From the IMG/VR virus record IMGVR_UViG_3300047509_000095, positions 1-54,341 of that record: a stretch of 54,341 nucleotides of DNA; one strand, written 5' to 3'. The stretch comes from a virus. Taxonomy: Duplodnaviria; Caudoviricetes. The translations under genes and the position numbers were made by a program. The notes under the pieces were generated by a model. That model did not search any database, was not told the DNA's origin, and saw only the letters and a program-made list of their open reading frames with translations. Of the stretch, positions 16,895 through 26,780 are shown one piece after another; position 1 is the first letter of the stretch; every line of letters begins with the position of its first letter.

Positions 16895-17925
16895 TCAAGC
16901 ACTGGATGTGGAAGCGGTACATGGCGCCGGCTGACGGCGATGATGGCGCGAGCAATGGCGGGGGCGATGCGGGGGGCGATGCAGGCGCTGGGGGCGACGG
17001 CAAAGCAGCCAGTGGCGATACATCGGGTGCCGCAGGTGATGGCAAAGCCGCTGCGGGCGGCGACGGCAAAGCAGCGCCAGCGGCCAAGGAAGGCGACAAG
17101 AAGGGTAGCGAAGGTGGCTACTGGCCTGACGACTGGCGCGCGCGCATGGTTGCCGGCATCACCGACCCGGCGGCCAAGGAGAAGGAACTCAAGCAGCTGG
17201 GCCGGTACGCCAACCCGGAAGAAGTGCACCGCAAGGCGCGCGCGCTTGAGCAGCGCCTGTCATCGGGTGAGCTGAAGTCGGTATTGCCCAAGGATGCGAA
17301 GGCCGAAGAACTGGCCGCGTGGCGCGCCGAGGCTGGCATCCCCGAGACACCGGACAAGTACGACTTGGACCTGGGCAGCGGCCTAGTGGTGGGCGAAGCC
17401 GACAAGCCACTGGTGGGCAAGTTCCTCGCGGCGGCCCACGCCACGAACCAGACCCCGGACCAGGTCAAGGCCAGCTTGCGCGCCTACTACGAGGTGAATG
17501 AGCAACTGAACGCCGACCAGGTGGAAAAGGACAAGCAGGTACAGGAATCCTCGACCGAGGCGCTGCGCACCGAATGGGGGCCCGAGTTCCGGCGCAACGT
17601 CAACCTGATCAACGGCCTGCTCGACTCGACCTGTTCACCCGAGATCAAGGACTTGTTCCTGACTGGCCGGCTCGGCAACGGCACCCCTATCGGCAGCTCG
17701 CCCGAGGCGCTGAAGATGCTGCTCGGGCTGGCGCTGGTGAATAACCCGGCGGGGACGGTGGTGCCGAACAGTGGCGGCAACATGGCCGGCGCGATCGACG
17801 ACGAGATCACCAAGATCGAGACGACGATGAAGACGAACCGCACCGCCTACAACAAGGACGAGAAGATGCAAGCCCGCTACAGGGAACTGCTCGGCGCCCG
17901 CGAAACGATGAAAGCAAGAAAGTAG
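16891..17925 (+). CDS. Capsid assembly scaffolding protein
   Basis: Gly/Ala/Asp-rich N-terminus, DWR, GIPETPDKY, LRTEWG; position before the capsid gene. Confidence 0.8.
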   Translation: MIKHWMWKRYMAPADGDDGASNGGGDAGGDAGAGGDGKAASGDTSGAAGDGKAAAGGDGKAAPAAKEGDKKGSEGGYWPDDWRARMVAGITDPAAKEKELKQLGRYANPEEVHRKARALEQRLSSGELKSVLPKDAKAEELAAWRAEAGIPETPDKYDLDLGSGLVVGEADKPLVGKFLAAAHATNQTPDQVKASLRAYYEVNEQLNADQVEKDKQVQESSTEALRTEWGPEFRRNVNLINGLLDSTCSPEIKDLFLTGRLGNGTPIGSSPEALKMLLGLALVNNPAGTVVPNSGGNMAGAIDDEITKIETTMKTNRTAYNKDEKMQARYRELLGARETMKARK

Positions 17926-17954
17926 TTGCGGTAAATCAGTAATTGGTGTTTAAT
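17926..17954 (+). promoter_or_regulatory. Putative sigma70-like promoter for the capsid operon
   Basis: TTGCGG-17 nt-TTTAAT in an AT-rich patch right after the scaffold stop. Confidence 0.5.
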
Positions 17955-17959
17955 TCGCC

Positions 17960-18179
17960 TAGGATCAAACCGCCGTGCGACCCAAGTATTTGAAAGTCAG
18001 TATCCCGCGAGGGGGAACCCGATTAGAAGAACACCTAGCACGGCGGGGCGAACCCAGCAATTTTCACCAGTAGCGAGGCCCCAAGACGGCGGGCTTCCGG
18101 CCCCGAAAGGACACCCCGGAAAATAGCCAGATGGACACCCCAAGCGACGGTTACCCAATCGTTTCTCAAGGAGCCCATC
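17960..18179 (+). ncRNA. Putative structured 5' leader of the major capsid gene
   Basis: About 220 nt non-coding; 9-bp stem 17970-17978/18038-18046; GNRA hairpins; nested GGCCCC...GGACACCCC motifs. Confidence 0.45.
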
Positions 18180-19031
18180 ATGGCCGATACAGCATTCCAG
18201 ATTCAATATCGCCAGGAATTCATCCAGGCGTTTGAACAGCACCAGACCCTCTTGCGCGAAACGGTTACGACCGAAGCCGTGATCAAGGGCCAACAAGCCG
18301 TCTTTCTCGTCGCCGGTTCCGGTTCTGCCACTGCGGTAACGCGCGGCACGAACGGCCGCATCCCAGCCCGCGCCGACAGCAATACGCAAAACACTTGCAC
18401 CCTGCAAGAATGGCATGACCTGGTCCGCAAGACTGGCTTCAATGTCTTCGCATCGCAGGGCAACCAGCGCGCGATCATGCAGATGACGACCATGGCGGTC
18501 TTGAATCGCCAGATCGACACCCTGATCATCAACGAGCTCAACACCGGCACCATCACCATCGGCGCCGCCGGGACCATCCCGAACGTCAGCCTGTTCCAGA
18601 ATGGCCGCGTCAAGCTGTCCAATGCCTCCGTGCCTTGGGACAGCAACATCACGCTGCTGTGCCAGCCTTCGTTCCTGGCATACATGGAGCAAGCGCCCGA
18701 GTTCGCAAACGCTCAATATGTGGACATGCGCCCGTACGCCGGCCAGGACAATCCATCCTGGAAGGACAAGCCGATGGCCTACCGCTGGCGCAATGCCCTG
18801 CTCGTCGAGCATCCGAACCTGCCGGGTAAGGGCACGTCGAGCGAGAAGTCGTTCCTCTACCACAAGACATCGATCGGCCACGCCATGGACACGGCCGGCG
18901 TTGAGTCGCCAGTGGGCTACGAGGAAGAGCAAGGCTACTCGTGGGCGCGTTGCTCGGCCTTCATGGGCGCCAAGCTGCTCCAGAACACCGGCGTGATCGT
19001 GATCACTCACGACGGCTCGGCTTACGCCTAA
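18180..19031 (+). CDS. Major capsid protein
   Basis: AAGGAG RBS; QY..EFI..FEQ...LR..V, A.LNR.ID..II, SIGHA, MGAKLLQ..GVI. Follows the scaffold gene. Confidence 0.85.
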   Translation: MADTAFQIQYRQEFIQAFEQHQTLLRETVTTEAVIKGQQAVFLVAGSGSATAVTRGTNGRIPARADSNTQNTCTLQEWHDLVRKTGFNVFASQGNQRAIMQMTTMAVLNRQIDTLIINELNTGTITIGAAGTIPNVSLFQNGRVKLSNASVPWDSNITLLCQPSFLAYMEQAPEFANAQYVDMRPYAGQDNPSWKDKPMAYRWRNALLVEHPNLPGKGTSSEKSFLYHKTSIGHAMDTAGVESPVGYEEEQGYSWARCSAFMGAKLLQNTGVIVITHDGSAYA

Positions 19032-19059
19032 TCCGTCCTGACTTGAAAGGAACCTGATC

Positions 19060-19377
19060 ATGACAACCGCATATGTAGGCACCACGGCAGCGAGCTCCAT
19101 TGCCAATCCCCCCGTCGAGCTGGTCAATTCGCTCGGTGGCCAAGTCAACCGCCCAGTCGCCGGTTCGGCGATCTGGTATTACAACTCGACGAACAGCTCG
19201 ACGGAGTTTTCGACCGCGAACTTCTTCACCGATGGGTACTACCTGGGCATGAAGGCGGGCGACATCGTCTTCTGCGTGTACACCACCAGTGCGGGTTCGA
19301 CGAACTCGATCCCGTACATGGGGTGTATCGGCGAGTCCTCGACGGACGGCGCATCGCTGCACACCGTCACGTCGTAA
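19060..19377 (+). CDS. Ser/Thr-rich capsid-associated (decoration-like) protein
   Basis: Follows the capsid gene and precedes a terminator; NFFTDG..LGMKAGDIV; about 28% Ser+Thr. Confidence 0.7.
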   Translation: MTTAYVGTTAASSIANPPVELVNSLGGQVNRPVAGSAIWYYNSTNSSTEFSTANFFTDGYYLGMKAGDIVFCVYTTSAGSTNSIPYMGCIGESSTDGASLHTVTS

Positions 19378-19397
19378 GGCGTGGCGACTTCGTAATG

Positions 19398-19425
19398 AAG
19401 GCGGGCCAGTTGGTCCGCCTTTTTT
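19398..19425 (+). terminator. Intrinsic terminator
   Basis: AAGGCGGGCCA-GT-TGGTCCGCCTT followed by a T tract. Confidence 0.8.
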
Positions 19426-19447
19426 CCAACTCTGAGGAGAGTGATTC

Positions 19448-19933
19448 ATGAAAGTCGATACAGCACCGGCCGAACAGGTCAAAGCCCCCACCCCGATTGT
19501 CAAGCGCGAACTGCAATTGCAGCCTGAGCGCATGCAGTTGTCCGAATACCTGCGCAACGACTGGGTCGTTACAGCCGAGCAGGGCACCACACCGGAAGAT
19601 ATCGTCAAGCCGATCTACTTCGCCCACAAGGCGGACCTGATGAAGCCCTACGACCACATTGAAGTGCGTGTCGACGATGGCTCGTGGCTGGTAGAACTGA
19701 TCGTGCTGCAGTGCGAGCGCAACTGGGTGCGTGTCAAGATGCTCGCGTTCCACGAGCTGGCAGCCGTTGCCGAGCAAGACGCGGCCCCGTCCGCATACGA
19801 CGCGCTGTGGAAGGGTCCGCACCTGAAGTGGTCCGTGATCCGCAAGAGCGACCAGGAAAACATCAAACCCGGCTTCGCTGACAAGGTCAGCGCACAGGCC
19901 GCCATGCGCGACTTGGAACGTCTGGTAGGCTAA
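19448..19933 (+). CDS. Hypothetical protein (161 aa)
   Basis: GAGGAG RBS; operon position. Confidence 0.75.
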   Translation: MKVDTAPAEQVKAPTPIVKRELQLQPERMQLSEYLRNDWVVTAEQGTTPEDIVKPIYFAHKADLMKPYDHIEVRVDDGSWLVELIVLQCERNWVRVKMLAFHELAAVAEQDAAPSAYDALWKGPHLKWSVIRKSDQENIKPGFADKVSAQAAMRDLERLVG

Positions 19934-19936
19934 GCC

Positions 19937-20128
19937 ATGGCAAATACCACCGTCAGCACGACGTACCACAGCGACAAGGAGAACCACGCCTTGTTGCGTA
20001 AGTGGTGCGATCAAGCTGCTCACGGCGGTGGTTCCTTTGCGATCAACTACAACGCCCACACGGGATACACAACGTACACCATCAATTGGCCCTGGCCCGT
20101 TGAAGTTACTACTGAGGCGCTGCGATGA
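19937..20128 (+). CDS. Hypothetical protein (63 aa)
   Basis: Fills the gap; ATGA overlap with the next gene. Confidence 0.55.
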   Translation: MANTTVSTTYHSDKENHALLRKWCDQAAHGGGSFAINYNAHTGYTTYTINWPWPVEVTTEALR

Positions 20129-20772
20129 CCACGAAACTCTCCCTCTACAACGACGCTTTGCTACTGTGCGGCGAGCGTTTCCTCGTGTCGCTGACCGAGG
20201 AGAGGGAGCCGCGTCGCTTGCTGGACCAGGTCTGGGCCAGCAACGGCGTCAAAACCTGCCTCGAAATGGGGCAATGGTTCTTCGCCATGAGCGCCATCCA
20301 AATCGATTACGACCCCTCGGTAGAGCCTTCCTTCGGCTACAACCGCGCGTTTGAGAAGCCCGCCGACTGGGTGCTGACCAGCGCCGTGTGCAGCGACGAG
20401 TTTTTCCGCGTGCCGCTGCTGCAGTACACGGACGAGGCGCTGTACTGGTACTCGACACTGGACACGATCTACGTGAAGTACGTATCCGACAGTACCGACT
20501 ATGGACTGGACATGAACAAGTGGCCCGAGTCGTTTCGCGAGTACGTCGCCGCGCACTTCGCCAGCAAGATCATCCTGAAAATCTCCAATGACGAGAGCAA
20601 GCTGAACCTGATCAACAAGCTCAAGGAGAAGGCGCTCTCCAAGGCCAAGAACTCGTCCGTCATGGCCGGCCCTACCCTGATCCCCGCCCGCGGCACTTGG
20701 TCGAATTCCCGTAACCGCTTTGGCGCGCGCCGCGATGGCGGCAACAATAGCGGCGGCAACTTGATCGGCTGA
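20125..20772 (+). CDS. Tail tubular protein A (T7 gp11-like adaptor)
   Basis: LYNDALLLCGE, W.FA, FGY..AF.KP.DW, WP..F...VAA.FA; size and position. Confidence 0.8.
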   Translation: MTTKLSLYNDALLLCGERFLVSLTEEREPRRLLDQVWASNGVKTCLEMGQWFFAMSAIQIDYDPSVEPSFGYNRAFEKPADWVLTSAVCSDEFFRVPLLQYTDEALYWYSTLDTIYVKYVSDSTDYGLDMNKWPESFREYVAAHFASKIILKISNDESKLNLINKLKEKALSKAKNSSVMAGPTLIPARGTWSNSRNRFGARRDGGNNSGGNLIG

Positions 20773-20774
20773 CC

Positions 20775-23492
20775 ATGGGCCAGCTAAACTCCATCCTCGC
20801 CTTCAATCGGGGGCTCGTGTCGCGCCTCGGCCTGGCCCGCGTCGACATCAAGCGCGTCGGGCTGTCGGCCGAGATCATGGACAACTGGATGCCGCGCGTG
20901 CTCGGATCCATGTCGCTGCGCCCCGGGCTGAAGTACCTGGGCGCCACGCTGTCAAACGCGGCGGCCCGCTTCCTGCCGTTCATCTTCTCCACCAACGACA
21001 CGGCCCTGATCGAATTGACCGAAGGCGCTATGCGCGTGTGGGTAGGCGATGCGCTGGTGTCCCGCGCTGCCGTCAGCACGGCAGTGGTAAATGGCAATTT
21101 CACGTCGAACCTGGCCAACTGGTCCGACGAGGACGAGGCGGGGGCGACGTCTTCCTGGGTATCGCCCGGCTATCTGCAGCTTGTAGGCGACGGCACGAAC
21201 GCCGCCATCCGGCGCCAGTTGATAGGTGTCGCTGCTGGTGATGTCGGCGTCGAGCAGGCGCTGTACATCGTCGTCGCTCGGGGGCCGGTATCGTTTCGCG
21301 CCGGCTCGCTCGCCGGGACAAGCGACTATATCGCCGAGACAGTGCTCAACGAGGGTATTCACGCGCTCGCGCTCACCCCCACGGCTACGTTCTTCTGGAT
21401 CGACTTCCTTAGCCGACAAATCCCGGCTGTGTGGGTAGACTCGTGCAATATCGAAGGCGCCGGTGTGATGACGCTGCCGACACCGTGGGGTGCGGCCGAC
21501 CTGGGCCTGGTCCGTATCGACCAATCGGGCGACGTCATCTTTGCCGCGTGCAAAGGGTTCCAGCAACGCCGCATCGAGCGGCGCGCCACACGCTCGTGGT
21601 CCATCGTCAAATATCTCCCCGACGATGGGCCGTTCAAAGTGCGCAACGTAGGCCCTATAACGATCTCCCCGTCCGCTTTGTCGGGCGATATCACGCTGGT
21701 GGCGTCTGACGCGCTGTTCCATGCCGGGCACATCGGCGCGCTGTTCAAGATCGTGTCGGACGGGCAAACGGTCAACACCAGCGTATCGGCGCAGAACGAG
21801 TTCACAAACCCTATCCGCGTGGTCGGCGTCGGCACTGATCGCGCTTTCACCGCGTCCAACACCGGCGTGTTCGTGGCCACGACCGTGCTGCAGCGATCGA
21901 TCGGCAGCGATTCCGGCCCGTGGGTCGATGTCCCGACCAAGAGCTGGACAGCGCCGTTTGTCGACATCTACACCGATGGTCTGGACAATCAAGAGGTGTG
22001 GTACAGACTTGGCGTCAAGACCGGCGACTACACCAGCGGCACAGCGGTCGAGGTGCTGACGATCAACACCGGGTCCATCACCGGCGTCGTCCGTGTCACT
22101 TCCTTCTTTAGCTCGCTCCAGGTTGGCGCGCAGGTGCTCAAAGCACTGGGCGCCAACCTGGTGGCGACCGACAACTGGTCCGAGGGCGAGTGGTCTGACT
22201 ACCGCGGGTGGCCGTCTTCGGTAGCGCTTCACGAGGGGCGTCTGTGGTGGGCCGGCAAAAGTAAGATCTGGGCGTCCGTCTCGGACGCCTTCGACAGTTT
22301 CGACGAGGACTTCCTTGGTGACGCCGGCCCACTGTCCCGGTCCATCGGCTCGGGGCCGGTGGATACGATCAACTGGCTCATGTCGCTGCAGCGCCTGCTG
22401 ATGGGCGCGCAGGGTGCCGAGTACACGGTGCGCTCTACCGCGCTCGACGAGCCGATCACCCCTACCAATTTCAATCTGAAGCCGGGTAGCAATCAGGGAT
22501 CTGCCGCAGTGCGCCCGGTGAAGATCGATCAGCGTGGCCTGTTCGTGAACCGCAGCGGGATCAAGGTGTTCGAGCTTGAGATGGGCAACAACTACCCATC
22601 GTACGACTTCAAAGCCGGCGACCTGATGGCGCTGGTGCCCGAGATCGGGCGCCCCGGCATCGTGCGCATGGACGTGCAACGCCAGCCCGACACGCGCGTG
22701 CACTGCGTGCGCTCCGATGGGGTGGCCGTGGTCGGCGTCTCGGACAAGGACGAGGATGTGCAGGCTTGGGTGACGGTGAGCACGAACGGCGTCATCGAGG
22801 ATGTCGTCGTGCTGCCCGCGCTGGCTGGCAATGTCGACGACCAGGTCTATTACGTCGTGAAACGGACGATCAACGGCGCTACCGTGCGTTACCTCGAAAA
22901 GTGGGCACAGGAAGTGGACTGCCGTGGTGACAAGCAGCTGTGCGACCTGGCCGACGCTTACGTGACCTACAGTGGTGGCGCCACACGCCACATCACCGGC
23001 CTCGGGCATCTGGAGGGCGAAGAGGTGGTCGTGTGGGCTGACGGCGCCGATGTCGGCACCGACGACAGCGCCACCACCTGGACGCAGCGCTACACCGTGT
23101 CGGGCGGCACCATCACGTTGACGGATGCCGCCTCGAACGTGGTCGTCGGCTTGGGCTACACGGCACCGTTCAAGAGCTCCAAGCTGGGGCAAGCCACGCA
23201 GGACGTGCAGTCGCCGCTCAACACCCAGAAGAAAATCAACCACCTGGGACTGGTCATGGCCGATGTGCACAGCAAAGGCGTGCGCTACGGCGCCGACTTC
23301 ACGGTGATGGACGATTTGCCAAGCACGGTCAACGGGGTCGATATCGGCAACGTGGTCCTTACCGACTACGACGAGAACCCAAGTGAATTCCCTGGCACCT
23401 GGACCACGGACAGTCGCCTGTGCCTGCTGGCGCAAGCGCCGCGCCCCGTGACCATGCTGGCTACCACCGTCGATATCGAGGTGCACAAGTGA
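20775..23492 (+). CDS. Tail tubular protein B (T7 gp12-like nozzle)
   Basis: 905 aa; AFNRG.VS, LRPG.KY, QSGDV, GWPSSV..HEGRLW, GLGHLEGE.V...ADG, VGLGY. Confidence 0.85.
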   Translation: MGQLNSILAFNRGLVSRLGLARVDIKRVGLSAEIMDNWMPRVLGSMSLRPGLKYLGATLSNAAARFLPFIFSTNDTALIELTEGAMRVWVGDALVSRAAVSTAVVNGNFTSNLANWSDEDEAGATSSWVSPGYLQLVGDGTNAAIRRQLIGVAAGDVGVEQALYIVVARGPVSFRAGSLAGTSDYIAETVLNEGIHALALTPTATFFWIDFLSRQIPAVWVDSCNIEGAGVMTLPTPWGAADLGLVRIDQSGDVIFAACKGFQQRRIERRATRSWSIVKYLPDDGPFKVRNVGPITISPSALSGDITLVASDALFHAGHIGALFKIVSDGQTVNTSVSAQNEFTNPIRVVGVGTDRAFTASNTGVFVATTVLQRSIGSDSGPWVDVPTKSWTAPFVDIYTDGLDNQEVWYRLGVKTGDYTSGTAVEVLTINTGSITGVVRVTSFFSSLQVGAQVLKALGANLVATDNWSEGEWSDYRGWPSSVALHEGRLWWAGKSKIWASVSDAFDSFDEDFLGDAGPLSRSIGSGPVDTINWLMSLQRLLMGAQGAEYTVRSTALDEPITPTNFNLKPGSNQGSAAVRPVKIDQRGLFVNRSGIKVFELEMGNNYPSYDFKAGDLMALVPEIGRPGIVRMDVQRQPDTRVHCVRSDGVAVVGVSDKDEDVQAWVTVSTNGVIEDVVVLPALAGNVDDQVYYVVKRTINGATVRYLEKWAQEVDCRGDKQLCDLADAYVTYSGGATRHITGLGHLEGEEVVVWADGADVGTDDSATTWTQRYTVSGGTITLTDAASNVVVGLGYTAPFKSSKLGQATQDVQSPLNTQKKINHLGLVMADVHSKGVRYGADFTVMDDLPSTVNGVDIGNVVLTDYDENPSEFPGTWTTDSRLCLLAQAPRPVTMLATTVDIEVHK

Positions 23493-23830
23493 TCGTCATG
23501 GACGCCACCGCCGCGCAGCTGTGCGCCTTCTACGGCACCGTGCCGCCGCGCACGTGCCGCACCTGGGCGGTCGTCGACGGCGTGCGCGTGGTCGGTGTCT
23601 GCGGGTACATGCAGGCCGGCGCTGGCTTTCGGGTGTTCGCCGATTTGACGCCGGAACTGCGCCGGTGCCCGCGCGTGATCTTGCAGGCCGCGCGGCACGT
23701 GCTGACGGAGCTGCGCGGCAAGAAGGTGCCGGTGACTGCTATTTGCGATGAAACGATCCCCGCTGCTGCGCGCTTCCTCGCGCACTTCGGCTTTAAACGC
23801 CAACTTGACGGGGTGTTCCTATGGACATGA
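23489..23830 (+). CDS. Small virion-assembly protein (gp13/GNAT-like)
   Basis: GTGA overlap; A.RFL.HFGF motif; position after tail tube B. Confidence 0.55.
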   Translation: MIVMDATAAQLCAFYGTVPPRTCRTWAVVDGVRVVGVCGYMQAGAGFRVFADLTPELRRCPRVILQAARHVLTELRGKKVPVTAICDETIPAAARFLAHFGFKRQLDGVFLWT

Positions 23831-24438
23831 TGGGATCGATGGCCGAATCGGGCGCAAGCAGCGGCTCGGGTTGGGTAGGCCCAGCCATGCAGGTAGGCGG
23901 CACGCTGTTGTCGGCCTACGGGCAGAAGCAAAGCGGCTCCGATGCAGCGGCTACTGGCTTGCAACAGCAGCAGCTCGCCAACTACCAAGCGGCGCAGCTG
24001 CGCGTCAACGCGGGCGAGGCGATCGCCTCGTCCCAGCGGTCGGCGCAGGACATTCAGCGGCAGACCGACTATGTCGCCTCGCGCGCGCTGGCCGTTGCGG
24101 CGGCCAGCGGCGGGGGTGCGTCGGACCCGACAGTGGTCGACCTGATCGCGCGCGCCGCCGGTGAGGGCGCCTACCGCCGTTCGGTGGCGCTGTACCAGGG
24201 CGAGGACAAGGCGCGCGCGCTGAACGCCCAGGCTAGCGCAACCGAGTACGGCGGCCAGCTCGCGGCCGAAGCAGGAGGCAAGACGCAAGCAGCGTCCGAC
24301 ATCGGTGCTGCATCTACGCTGGCCAAGGGCGGCGCCTCGCTGTTCTCGAAGTACGGCGCAGGTACGCAACCCGGCTTCACGCCTCAATCGCCAACGGACG
24401 CAATGACGGCCGATAACATGTCGGCAGGGTGGTTCTGA
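23821..24438 (+). CDS. Internal virion (ejection) protein, gp14-like
   Basis: Ala/Gly/Gln-rich with AAASGG motif; position. Confidence 0.7.
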   Translation: MDMMGSMAESGASSGSGWVGPAMQVGGTLLSAYGQKQSGSDAAATGLQQQQLANYQAAQLRVNAGEAIASSQRSAQDIQRQTDYVASRALAVAAASGGGASDPTVVDLIARAAGEGAYRRSVALYQGEDKARALNAQASATEYGGQLAAEAGGKTQAASDIGAASTLAKGGASLFSKYGAGTQPGFTPQSPTDAMTADNMSAGWF

Positions 24439-26780
24439 TGGCAACTTTGCCCGACGAACGCGCCCTGGGCGAACGCCCCGTACCGCAGGCAAGCGGCAGC
24501 GTTGCCTCGTACAACGTGCCGGGTGCAAGCAATCGCGGCTCGATCCTGGCCGGTGCGGGCAGCCAGATCGCGCAGGCGGGCGACATCATCGAGGAGACAA
24601 ACAAGAAGTGGGACGCGATCAGCGCCGAAGATGCCTTCAACAAGCTCAAGGAAAAGGCCGCATCTCTGCAGTACGATCCGCAATCCGGGTTCGCGCAAGC
24701 GCGCGGCGGCAACGCTGTAGGGCAGGACTTCACCAAGCAGTACACCGACCAGTTCTCGGACGCGGCGGCAGGTATTGCGGGCAGCCTCAAGAACCAGCAG
24801 CAAAAGCTGATGTTCCAGCAGCGCGTCGGCATCGCGGCCGCCCAGTTCCAAAGCTCGCTCTTGCAACACCAAGCGCAGCAGACCACGGTATTCGGCAACG
24901 ACACGGACGCCAGCCGCGTGAAGAACGGGCTGAACGCCATCGCGGCGAACCCCTACGACGACGGCCGATACGACACCGAGATGATGGGCATCCATGACGC
25001 GCTCGCGGGCAAGTTCCAGCGCAATGGCTACTCGGCCGACATGGCCAAGAACGAGATGGCAACCGTCACCAGTGCCGCGCTGGCGTCGCGCACGGCTGGC
25101 ATGATGCTCGACAATCCGATGAAGGCGGCCCAGTTCTTCCATGCGCACGAGCTTGACTTCGAGCCATCACAGCGCCTGGACCTGGCGCGCCAGTTGAAGA
25201 CGACGGTCGACGCGCAGACCGCGCGCGCGGACGGCGCCGCCGCGTTCAATGACGCGAAGGGCGCTGTCACGACGGGCACGCCAGCGCAGGCGCCACTGCC
25301 GGCCAACATGAACGCGGATCATGTTCGGCCATATGACCAAGATACAATAGATAATTTGGTTAAACAGGTAAAATCACCGTTTAAATACGATGCTTTAGTG
25401 AAAGAAACCGCAGCAAAGTACAACATCAGCCCGAACGAACTGAAGCTGCGCATCATGGCCGAATCGGGCGGGCGGCCTGACGCGAGCAGCGATCAAGGCG
25501 CGGTCGGGCTGGCCCAGCTCACGGCCGAGACGGCCGCGCGCCTGGGTGTCAAGAACAGGATGGACCCAGCCCAGTCCATCGACGCCGCCGGCAAGCTGAT
25601 GGCATCCTACGGCGGGACGTTAGGTGGCGACATGTCGAAGGTCGACCAGATGTACTACGGCCCGGCCACGCCGAACGGCCCGAACACGAAGCAGTATGTG
25701 GAGAACCTGCGCGCGGTGCGCGCCCAGTTGTTCGGTGCTGCGGCGACACCAGCAGGTAAGGCCGACATCGAGGCGATGGAAGGGCCAACGATTGCTAATG
25801 CCAAGGCCTACGCCGAGGCGAAGCGCCCCGGCGATTTGGTCTACCAGGACCAGGTCGTGCAGGAGGCGCGCAAGAACTGGTCGCAAGCCCTAGGCGTACA
25901 GCGCGCCAACGACTACGCCAATTTTTCAAACGTGTTGCAATCGTCGATCGGCGACAACGGTGCGCGCAGCCTGAGCGACTTGTCACCCCAGCAGCAGATG
26001 ACCTTTGCCCAGCTGCCACCGCAGAACCAGCACTCTCTGATGACGCTATGGGCCGCCAACCAGCGCAGCGACGACAAGGGCGACAAGATCGTCCAGAACG
26101 AGGACACGAACCGCAAGACGCTGACCCTGATGGGGCAGGCTTTGAACGACCCGGTCGCGTTCAAATCGCGCAACATCGCGGCCGACATCACCGACCTGCC
26201 AACGCACCAGCAGAACCAGGTCATGTCGGCCTGGATGAGCATCGACAAGACCGCAGCGAAGGGCGCCAACTACCAGCACGCGCTGGCCGTGATGAAGCCG
26301 GCCATGGAGATCGCGAAGATCAAGATCCCGAACGCGGCCGAGAAGGGCAGCACGGCCTCATACGACGACTACAACGCCTACACGGCGCTGCTCGGCAATG
26401 CGGTGGACAGCTTCATGGAACAGAACAAGCGCGCGCCGACAGACACCGAGATCAAGAGCATCGCGGCGCCGCTACTGGCCCAGGCCACGGTCAAAGGCGC
26501 CCGGTACTTCGGCTTTGGCGATGTGACCGAGCCGGCGTTCAAGCTAAAACCGGACGAGGAGGCGCGCGCCACGATCAACATGACGCCGTTGGAGAAAGCG
26601 TCGGTGACGCAGAAGCTGCAGGCGCGCTACGGCTACGCGCCGACCGAAGCGCAGATCCAGACAGCCAAGATGCTGTCGGTGCTGCACTCGAACGACCCGG
26701 CGGCGCTGTCCACGTTCGACCGTGCCATGAAGGAATACAAGGCTAAAAGCCAATCTCAGGTAGGGGTCATCAAGCCATGA
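24438..26780 (+). CDS. Internal virion protein with lytic transglycosylase (SLT) domain
   Basis: IMAESGG...S..GAVGLAQL...TA..LG...DP.QSIDAA..L and T..YV motifs. Confidence 0.8.
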   Translation: MATLPDERALGERPVPQASGSVASYNVPGASNRGSILAGAGSQIAQAGDIIEETNKKWDAISAEDAFNKLKEKAASLQYDPQSGFAQARGGNAVGQDFTKQYTDQFSDAAAGIAGSLKNQQQKLMFQQRVGIAAAQFQSSLLQHQAQQTTVFGNDTDASRVKNGLNAIAANPYDDGRYDTEMMGIHDALAGKFQRNGYSADMAKNEMATVTSAALASRTAGMMLDNPMKAAQFFHAHELDFEPSQRLDLARQLKTTVDAQTARADGAAAFNDAKGAVTTGTPAQAPLPANMNADHVRPYDQDTIDNLVKQVKSPFKYDALVKETAAKYNISPNELKLRIMAESGGRPDASSDQGAVGLAQLTAETAARLGVKNRMDPAQSIDAAGKLMASYGGTLGGDMSKVDQMYYGPATPNGPNTKQYVENLRAVRAQLFGAAATPAGKADIEAMEGPTIANAKAYAEAKRPGDLVYQDQVVQEARKNWSQALGVQRANDYANFSNVLQSSIGDNGARSLSDLSPQQQMTFAQLPPQNQHSLMTLWAANQRSDDKGDKIVQNEDTNRKTLTLMGQALNDPVAFKSRNIAADITDLPTHQQNQVMSAWMSIDKTAAKGANYQHALAVMKPAMEIAKIKIPNAAEKGSTASYDDYNAYTALLGNAVDSFMEQNKRAPTDTEIKSIAAPLLAQATVKGARYFGFGDVTEPAFKLKPDEEARATINMTPLEKASVTQKLQARYGYAPTEAQIQTAKMLSVLHSNDPAALSTFDRAMKEYKAKSQSQVGVIKP

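Noticed and set aside
20952-23486. 844-aa minus-strand ORF and similar antisense ORFs across the virion module
   Set aside because: They are antisense shadows of high-GC3 genes, with no motifs or RBS.
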